From Obrimoposthia wandeli (Eukaryota): a stretch of DNA of 64,000 bases. This document shows, one piece after another, positions 55,701 through 64,000 of the stretch (positions are counted from its first letter, which is position 1; the number at the start of each line of letters is the position of its first letter). The notes under the pieces were generated by a model. The model had not been told where the DNA came from. It saw only the letters and a program-made list of their open reading frames with translations, and searched no databases. The DNA is taken from contig CDROCS010006538.1 in NCBI GenBank assembly GCA_977020255.1, forward strand, positions 1-64,000, in the 5' to 3' direction. Both the position numbers and the translations under genes were made by a program.

Positions 55701-58700
55701 GCGGGAACCGAGATAACTCGGTCCCGACAAATACGCATACAGTGACGGGAACCGAGTTAACTCGTTTTTAGACAGGGGATTTCCCATCGATTTCCATGGT
55801 GATGACATACGTATTATCTAAGTTATTTTAATGTCTATAAACAAAATCAATATGAAAACCTAGAGCGACATGGAAACCCGATAATGCAGGATGATAATAC
55901 GTACTGTATTAAATACATAGCACAGTGAGGGTTAAAGTAGTTTTTACTTTTCATGCATATATTGTCATTTATTGACAGCTTCTCTGAACAACTTAATTAA
56001 TTCTAGGGATATCCTTTTCATACTTTATGGCATTTTTGTCATAGATTTAAACCTATTGTCCTTCGGAATCCATATTTTATCATTCAATGCCTTAATAACT
56101 CCATTTTTAAAATATCAAATTAATATTGTTGGATTAGATTTTAATTTACTATTTAGATGCTATATTGTCTAAAGATTTCAAAAAATGTTTCTGGAACAGC
56201 CAGACAATATAACTATTAATAATCGCCAAGGCGTTTATTAAAATAATACGGTATTTTTATTTGATGTTATTATGTAATTTGAGCTGTGTGCACTGTTTAC
56301 AATTTGTAACACACTTTTTTTTTACTACACTAACTAGTCACATATTTATCAAGTCTTTAATTTCAACATTATTTGAAGTTAATAATTATTTTAAAAAATT
56401 ATTTCAGAATCTTTTTCTATAGAAATATTAAATACTTAATTTTAATCACAGCACTATAAAATAAATACAGTTTTGTATATTATTATCGAACTAATCTAGA
56501 ATAAATTATTTAAAAATTTAATAAAAGCACATAATATGTTTTAAGAATACAAGACAATCATACCTGTGGACTACTAGACTCCTCTGCTGATATGTAACTA
56601 GAGTTGTCTTCATGACTAGAAGAAATACTATCTCCGTCAATTTCATTGCCCTGAAATTAATTTGTATGTGATTCGATAGCAGTCTGCTTAAAAATATTAA
56701 TTAAACATCCAGTAGGCTGTAACTATAAAATAATTATTAAATTGAGGAAAATATAAACGTGAAAATGATATTTCTAATTAAAGCATAAACTTGATAAAAA
56801 TTCTTATAATGTTAAATTGAAAAAATAAATCAATTCAATACGATGAAATTACTAATTCAGTTTGAAATATTTGAACATTTCTATCAAATATCCAGAATTT
56901 TATATTTTATGATAGAAAATTAGAAATTATACTAATATACTAACAAAAACGTTATTGAATTAATGAATTTATGTATCTATTTGATAAGAGTACTTTGCTA
57001 CCTGTTCTTCATTTTTAGAATCTCGGTCGGCCACATATTGATCAGGAGAAGCCAAATCATCACTATTGTGCTGCAATTTATCCATAAAGCGACTATCGCT
57101 CTCACCATCGAAAGATTGTACTCCGCTTGAATTGTAATTCATTGTATTTTTACAGTTAGTTTTTGTTGAGTTAGGAACAGCATTCGGCATTGGCTTGCTG
57201 GCTAAATTTAATGAATGTCAGTGATAAATTTACAGAATAAAAATATAATGAACGTCAAAATACAATTTAATAATCACTTACTTAACAAATTATCACCGAC
57301 TAAATGCTTGTTCTGGGACCTCTGTAGAGTAGATCTTTTGTCATTTAAATGTTTTCTACGTTCTGTCTTTTCCAGGGGCAAGTCGTTCATGTCAAGGCCA
57401 TAAAGGTGTTTAGCGAGCATTTTCACAAGTAGTTCTATTGTTTTACGCCATTCACTGATAAGAGATGGCCAATGGGTCAGACTAGAATAAACTGTCAAAT
57501 AACGGTTCCAGAGCTCAGCCGATATATATGAAACTAAGTTAGACCGAATGAGCAAAACATTGAGGGTCTGAAAAAACTGGGCAATAGATGCATCATTGGC
57601 GATCCAATGATGCACTGGTCGATTAGAAGGTGAAAAATGAGTAAAAACACTAAGACCTATGTTCAGCAGAACTTTCATAAGATGCTCTGAATCTAAGTTA
57701 GCAATAATATTTACTGAAGGTCGATAAATATGTTCTATGATCTTGCGTGCTAATTCAGAATGAATCTGTAGTTGGCTGTTTTGTTTCTTGTTAGATACAA
57801 TTGAGTTTAAACTTTGAAAATATGTTTGTGTGTGGAGAAAGATAGTGGCAACATTTGTGAAGATAAGCCTCTGCATTGTGGGACAAATGCGCATCTTATC
57901 CTGCTGATCGTTGACAGAATCATTCAGATTGCAGCTCTCACGTAAATTCACCCCAAAAGATGTAGACTGATGGTGTGAAAATTGCGATTCATCGACATGG
58001 TCAGAAACACATTTTTCTAACATGAAAGAGGGTGGCTGTGGATAAAATAGCCAAGATTTATACACAAATATAGCAGCAAAATGTGATTTGTTCATTTGTA
58101 TTGGTAAATAAAATGCATGTTGAAGAAGTTGATTCACGATATTGACATTTTCAGGACTGCCAAATAAAATATTTTGCATCTTCTTCAGCTGCAATAATAA
58201 ACAACTATTACAATTAATAAATTTTAAAAATCAGTTTGTAATTAAAAAAAAAAGTATTGTGAAAAAGGAAGGATATAAATTACAAAATTCAAATATATAT
58301 ATAAAAATTAAGTAATGTCATAAATTATTACAAACTAATCAGTCTTCGTACATATTTCCTAAATATAAATGACATATGCAAATAACTCAGATTTGGTTAC
58401 CCCAATAATTTATTTCCCGTAAATAATGACACACAAAATCGTACAATCCCTACATGCACATAGGTTTAAAAAGAGTAATATATAATAATATATTTGCAGT
58501 AGCTCGATCCGAGTAATATGAAACTAATCAGAATGGGAAATATAAATGTATTTCACACAATAAGCTAACTTGCCTTTCTGTGATGGGTTTATTACAGGAA
58601 TTGAAGTACATTTAACACTGTACTTTTGATTCTAACACACCTTACGTTTTTTGCAGCACTCATTATACAGAAAAAACTACTAATAAATACAAAATGTATG

Positions 58701-61700
58701 CGTAATTAATCGATATATCTAAGTTAGTCATAGCTGACTAACAAGTTGCATAGAAACATTTACAAGCTCATTTACCAAATACGTTTGTCTAATAAGTGTT
58801 ATTTTTCAACCAATCAGATGCAAGCTATTGTTGAAATTCCGATCGCATTGTCTGCACTTTGGTGTTAACTATGGTAATTACAAAGTAGGTATCTCAAACA
58901 CATTTGATAGACTTCTATACTATAAATTGTTGAGATAGAAATAAACAATAACGTAGTATTATTCATTCACAGTTGACTAGCTACTGATTGTACTGTTTTT
59001 GGAGATACAGTATAATAATTCAACAACAAAATTTTTAAAAATCGTATAATTGCAAATAGCATCTAAATTTGTACAATGTAAAGTGAAATCGTATAAGTAA
59101 CCAGGCATGTGATGATTATTCGTAGAAGAAAAGGAACAAATATCAATTTTTATCTAAAAATGATTTAATATTTTAAAATTAAAATAAGGCACAAATCCAG
59201 ATTAAACATAGGGCTATTTCATTTATAACTATTGGATATTTTCTAATTATCCAGTATTCTTTTAGAGCTAGAGTATTTTTTTTAAAAATAGGCCATAACT
59301 GACGAGATATTGAAATCTTCAACGTAATAATTCTGTGAATTTATCAGTTTTTATATACTTTTCTCAGAATTTGTAAGAAATTTTATGGGCTACAATTATC
59401 AATATCAAATGAATTAAACTTTTCTTTTCTTAAATATATATTATTGTTTGTGAAACTGATTAATTCAGATTTTCAATTTATATTTTATTTGGATTCCACT
59501 TGCTATTCTCAATGAATAATTTTTTAAACTAATACTTGTACAGTAAAATAGTTTTAATTCAAATGCAATCATATCATATTTTGTAAAAATTATACTTTGA
59601 CGAGGAATTTTTGTCATTTTGAGATAATCGTAAATTGAAGTTAGAAAATTTGTTGATAAGTTAATAAACTCGTATTTTAAAACAATTTTCAATTTTATTG
59701 ATAGATATTTCTTCATTCAGAGACGTTCACGCATGATAGATAATGCTTTGAAGAATTTATTTGTATTATCTCAAAATGTATACATTTTCAAATACGTGAA
59801 TATGTTGAAAGAACAGATATGCTAAATAATAAAATGAAACAATATAAATATGATGTGAGTTTAGTTTACTACTGTTCGAAGATATCTGAACTTTTGAATT
59901 AGTATTATCCGATTTAAAATGTTCCTAATTGTATACACGCAGATTCTACAAGACAAATCACATCCGTGCATTTTTCAAAGTATTGTTAATTTACTCATTT
60001 TAATTAATCACTTATTCATTATCATATATGGATTTTACAAGGAATGCTTTCAAAGGAAAATAACAGATCTTCATATTCATAAAATACTCTCAGAAACAAT
60101 GTTAACATAATAACTCCTAAAAATTAGTATATATATAAATAAATCGAATTACTAAATATACTGTCTAAATATTACTTTCCTTAGGGTTTCAAAAATTGAA
60201 GGATTTAAAATATTTTTAATTAATTATGTATAAAAAATTAATATTTAAAAGAAAAAAAATAATGTAGTCACGAAAATATGTATTAACCCTCCAAAATTAC
60301 TAAAATTGAAATAATCGCCTAGAAATACTTAATTATTAATAGAATATTAACTTTAAATTTGGGTTGAATTCATTAAAATTTTATATTTAAACAAAACAAA
60401 AGTATATAAATAATGAAATAATGAAAGGGAGCAAAAATATCGCTAAACAAATTGTTTTAGAATATAACTAAATTTTAAAATATTACAAAAATTCAGGAGC
60501 TTTCCTTGTTATTATTAATTAAAATTGTTCAAGAAAAATTGTCAGATTTATTTTTATAAAAGTTGGAAAAAACTTTAAGTACAAATATTACCATGTTTAT
60601 ATTGATATCCAGACCCTCTCCATCAAACCTTATAAGGTAGCTTTCAATCGTAAATACTTTATTCTGGTTTTGATAGAACCGAGAATTGACAGTTCCTTCC
60701 TTAGTATCAGCAGATGATTCTCTTGAACTGATAAATATATTTAATCGATAAAATAATAAATTGTGCTAATGATATAAAAATTAAAGATATTATTCAATAG
60801 TTTAACTTTTAGTACAATTAGAAGCAGTCGCTTTCACACAGTGAAATATGCTAATTATGTGTAACATAAAGAAACGAGTAAAAGTATCAAAGAAGAAACC
60901 ATGGAAAAATTGCATTTAGAACATTATTTTATTTAAAAAATTAAGAAATCTACTTTGTATCCAAGCTGATAACAGTTGATCGACGATTATAGACTAATTC
61001 AGAAAGCCATCGTAAAACTTCGTCTTGATAAATGGCAATTATACTAACATCTACTGGATATTTTGGTAGTACCAAAGAATAACTTTCTAATTCATTGATC
61101 TGGATTATACTTCGGCGTGCATTGCTTTCCAAGGTATAGTCAGGATCACATCTAAATATAACATAAAATTAGCTACATATATGGATATCTACTTTGGAAA
61201 TAAAACTGGTAAAAAGAACTCCTTAAATTTTTCGAAGAGAAATGAATACGACTCATTGTGTTTCATTTCAATATCCTCTATCCAATCAATACGAATACCT
61301 TCGGTTATCATATATCGTAACATGTAACGCAGTAAAAACTGATTCTCGTCGGAAGGCTGCAAATACAACAAAAAATTATAATTGTTATTTATATTGGACA
61401 ATATATTTCAGCTACTTTATCCCATAAATTTGAGATTTAAAACTCCTTCTTTAGTAAACTATTTTTGAATTACTAGTTCTGAAGTATATATCATAGATTA
61501 AATAGAAATAAAAAATAATTTTATTAAACTAAACCCTTTTTAATATAATATTATGCAATAAGTATGTATTAGATTTTATATAGCAGGTTTTTCTTCTAAA
61601 TCATAAAGTTTAATAATATTGGAAATACGGGGTAACTATTTGATAATTAAAATAAACATTATATGTAAAGCATTAATAATTTTAATGATAAACTTACTTC

Positions 61701-61951
61701 AATTTCCTTGTCAATATTTTGAGTCAATACTGGTTTAATTTCCGGTTCACCAATAGTTAACTGATCTTCACTGACAACTGTTAAAGATTTTCTGTCTGAA
61801 GTAGTCATTGAATCCTCGTAAATTTTTTTCTTTTTATTATAGGTTCAAACACCGGTAGCAATCCTATATAAATATCATAGCAAACTCTGGGAGCATCTTT
61901 ATTGAGTATTTGAAACCAAAATGAAAACAGACGCATCCCTCGAAGACGTAC
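31709..61951 (-). CDS. RALGAPA: Ral GTPase-activating protein alpha subunit, multi-exon gene (5'-most exons not located)
   Basis: Ordered GT-AG exons matching RALGAPA1/2 landmarks from [11 protein letters not shown] through the C-terminal RapGAP-like domain. The probable last exon ends WTNNREMRR* at 31709. Confidence 0.93.
32071..32180 (-). CDS. RALGAPA: RALGAPA exon, post-GAP helix
   Basis: [25 protein letters not shown] corresponds to human [27 protein letters not shown]/GT boundaries. Confidence 0.9.
32721..32848 (-). CDS. RALGAPA: RALGAPA exon, GAP domain
   Basis: [30 protein letters not shown]. Confidence 0.93.
34571..34729 (-). CDS. RALGAPA: RALGAPA exon with catalytic Asn-thumb motif
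   Basis: [38 protein letters not shown]. Confidence 0.95.
34869..35148 (-). CDS. RALGAPA: RALGAPA exon, start of GAP domain
   Basis: [22 protein letters not shown]...HRGFLGGL...[10 protein letters not shown]. Confidence 0.95.
35454..35757. mobile_element. hAT (Buster-type) MITE, 304 bp, intronic
   Basis: Imperfect TIRs cagggattctcaaa / tttgggaaccctg and a perfect 8 bp TSD ccttagag at 35446-35453 and 35758-35765. Confidence 0.92.
37425..37607 (-). CDS. RALGAPA: RALGAPA exon
   Basis: [19 protein letters not shown] corresponds to human [20 protein letters not shown]. Confidence 0.9.
37804..38003. repeat. Perfect inverted repeat, 96 bp arms, 8 nt loop, intronic
   Basis: cattgtcac...attggctgc [gatacaaa] gcagccaat...gtgacaatg. 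Confidence 0.95.
39815..40620 (+). mobile_element. Decayed DDE transposase, probably Chapaev3-like (CMC), intronic and internally deleted
   Basis: [71 protein letters not shown]. The flanking RALGAPA exons (ending ~40845, resuming ~38991) splice in phase across it. The family name is from recall. Confidence 0.7.
42544..42894 (-). CDS. RALGAPA: RALGAPA exon
   Basis: [20 protein letters not shown] corresponds to human [20 protein letters not shown]. Confidence 0.9.
44374..44664 (-). CDS. RALGAPA: RALGAPA exon
   Basis: Open AG-GT exon (...[18 protein letters not shown]...IPEKIIQ), colinear with human SARDEPSGPARCVAL...PLKIIQ. Confidence 0.85.
45150..45900 (-). mobile_element. Crypton-like tyrosine recombinase relic, intronic
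   Basis: [59 protein letters not shown], with stops and frameshifts. Confidence 0.75.
46708..46863 (-). CDS. RALGAPA: RALGAPA exon
   Basis: [29 protein letters not shown] corresponds to human [29 protein letters not shown]. Confidence 0.88.
48011..48312 (-). CDS. RALGAPA: RALGAPA exon
   Basis: [26 protein letters not shown]...[16 protein letters not shown] corresponds to human [26 protein letters not shown]...PPVLIPPLRILTPWLF. Confidence 0.93.
51050..51435 (+). mobile_element. Tc1/mariner transposase C-terminal relic, intronic
   Basis: YQQDDAH...QHRWIERV and SGGHSEQIL resemble FQQDGAPxH...RWIGR and GGHFEHLL. Confidence 0.6.
52364..53251. repeat. ~110 bp direct repeat pair (52364-52474 and 53142-53251)
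   Basis: atccccaaattaatagaaaacatcag...ttttcaggcaatttaaata occurs twice. Confidence 0.9.
53735..54189. repeat. 227 bp tandem duplication
   Basis: taaatccacgtacaaag starts at 53735 and 53962. The units are nearly identical. Confidence 0.92.
55691..55931. mobile_element. piggyBac-type non-autonomous element, 241 bp
   Basis: TTAA|ccctca ... tgaggg|TTAA, with internal repeated palindromic gggaaccgag(a/t)taactcg motifs. Confidence 0.8.
57282..58188 (-). CDS. RALGAPA: RALGAPA large N-terminal-region exon
   Basis: [14 protein letters not shown]...[23 protein letters not shown]...[29 protein letters not shown] corresponds to human [23 protein letters not shown]...LARNLYSLDLSDLPLDK. Confidence 0.95.
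61193..61356 (-). CDS. RALGAPA: RALGAPA exon, followed by a 41 bp intron (61152-61192)
   Basis: [18 protein letters not shown] corresponds to human FSFLFSHFKKYYLPYIFP. Confidence 0.88.
61698..61951 (-). CDS. RALGAPA: RALGAPA most upstream recognisable exon
   Basis: [16 protein letters not shown] corresponds to human IRREGVRLFLLWLQAL. AG/GT boundaries. Confidence 0.85.
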
Positions 61952-62644
61952 CTGCAAGATAATATTTATTAAAAAAATAATCTAATATTAATTTTGAATA
62001 CAATAAAAAAATTGTTGTGACTTAATTTTCGAATAATAAAATAAAATAAATATTAAGTTAATTAAATAAAAATAAAATTGGATAAATAATGGTAGAAATG
62101 ATGATGTGTGTAACATAAAATTAATCCCTAAAATAAAAAAATGTAAAAAAGAAAACAAGATAATTAGCATTATTATATCGATCAAAATCGATCTGGAAAT
62201 TAGGATATGGTTTCTAATTTAATCAGCAGAAAAAATCGAATCAACAACCACAATTCAATGATTCAAAATTTAACAACCAAAGCTAACAATCAAATTCAAC
62301 GACAAGCTGCAACGTTCACACCTGTCTACCAATATATATTATAAATAAAATTATAAAGAAGTTATTTTTTATTCCTCACAACTTTCTTTACAATATAAAT
62401 AAAAGTATAATCCAACGATAATTTTCTTGAAACTAGCATTTTCTGCAGGCCCTGGTAAAATTTGGATGTAAAGCTTCGATTATTACAAGCACGGTTATAA
62501 CGAGTCTCAATCTAGTCGAAACAACGCAGATACAAAATAAGGACAAATGGTACCACTCTGTCTTAGGGTTCTTACAATACCGACAACAACCAACTTTTCC
62601 ATACTTATAAATATTCAGTGGCAGAAAGGAAGGAGATTAAAATA

Positions 62645-63392
62645 CGAATCGCAAGTATAGTCAACATAGAATATACTGTGCTCAGTGTCTTCGCTTTTTA
62701 GACTCAAAGCGAATTTACTAGGGCTCAAGTATGTTCTATGACTATACTTGCGATTCATTTTGCGATACCTACTTTGTAATTACCATAGTTAACACCAAAG
62801 TGAACTAAATCGATCGGAATTTCAACAATAGCTGGCATCTGATTGGTTGAAAAAAATAACACCTATTAGACAAACGTATTTGGTAAATGAGCTTGTAACA
62901 AGCTGACAACTCTTTAAAGAGGATGTTTGAAAGTAAAACACTGGTCGAGTTTTATGCATCTCTGTCCTCAGAAAAAATTTCAAACTCTGAAGAAATTTGT
63001 AAAGAAAGATGTTTGTTGTTTGCATCAACTTACATTTGTGAACAGACTTTCTATAATGAAAGTTAACAAGTCAAAGAACAGACTTTCACCGATTCAAATC
63101 TTCAGTCATGTTAAGGGATCAACCCAAATTGACACTTGATTTTAACAAACTGGTAAAAGACTGCACAGATGCATCATTCTCATTGACATTGTCTCTGTTA
63201 CTTATTGAGTTACTTTTTGTTTTTCAAATAAATGTGCTTCCTATGAAGTTTCTACTTTAAAATATTAATAATAAAAAAATTATATTTTTTCTTTAAAAAC
63301 CTTTATTTCATTTTAACTAAATATACTATGTGGCCCTTTAAATTTTGAAATTTCTGAATGGCCCCTTGAACTGAAAAAGTTTACCACCCCTG
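62645..63392 (+). mobile_element. Second copy of the palindrome + filler + hAT 3' end block
   Basis: Same order as 23321-24084 with more indels. TIR ends at 63392, followed by ctttagac. Confidence 0.88.
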
Positions 63393-64000
63393 CTTTAGAC
63401 TATGAGTTTCAGAAACTGTGGATACAATACCTGATCGAGTAGATGCCCTTAACTGCCGAATAAATTTGGAGGATTGAAAAGTGAAATATGTATTTTTAAA
63501 AAATTCAATATGTTTAGATTTTAATTTTCGAAATGTACAAAGAATTTTTACTTATTTTAATATATAATTAATGCATTTAAAATATCTAACCAGCAATATT
63601 TTCAAACTCGCCAAGTTTAATCTATCACTTTGTATAAATACATTAAAATACATAGTATGTTAATCTTTAACACGTGAAATCCTTTTTAACTGGTCAAGAA
63701 CATATCACAATGAGAGTCACTCCTAAACCCGTTAACGTAATTTTAAATCATATGATATAACAAGGTGTAAGCAAGTTCTTAAATGATTGACACTATTATA
63801 AATATAAATAAAATGACTTAAGACGAAGTAACATTTTAAATTTATAAATTAATACAAAATTAAACACAATTATAGCATATCAGTTAAAATAAATTAGATA
63901 ATATAAAATTATTGTATTACTTAATTTATGAAAATAATAAGTAAACAGTCTATACTTTTAACCCAAATTAGATAGAAATCTGGTAAATATTTTGTGTGGT

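Noticed and set aside
59919-60110. [11 protein letters not shown]... conserved in three places
   Set aside because: The conservation only reflects the segmental duplication. The ORF is antisense within RALGAPA and has no recognisable motif.

Overview
This is an AT-rich, intron-containing eukaryotic (metazoan-like) locus. I found no prokaryotic genes, CRISPR array, rRNA or tRNA. The backbone is one long multi-exon RalGAP alpha (RALGAPA) gene on the minus strand (about 61951 to 31709, start codon not located). Its introns and flanks hold transposon relics: Polinton/Maverick, Crypton-like tyrosine recombinase, Chapaev3-like, Tc1/mariner, Buster-type hAT and three MITEs. The 5' half of RALGAPA plus upstream DNA occurs three times: intact at 57543-64000, as a direct copy 39.3 kb away at 18224-24716, and as a noisy inverted copy at 21-5117. 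In both extra copies the exon breaks at the same base and is joined in frame to an RLE-type (R2/NeSL-like) non-LTR retrotransposon that may carry a Ulp1-like protease. The first ~14 kb shows artefact signs (nanopore adapter remnant at 9-20, indel noise, microhomology-joined inversions), so structural claims there need independent reads. The most interesting candidates are the RALGAPA::retrotransposon fusion with a TGA-CTAG readthrough-type stop and a hairpin/filler scar that looks like one-ended hAT excision. Protein identifications come from motif recognition against remembered family sequences, not database searches.
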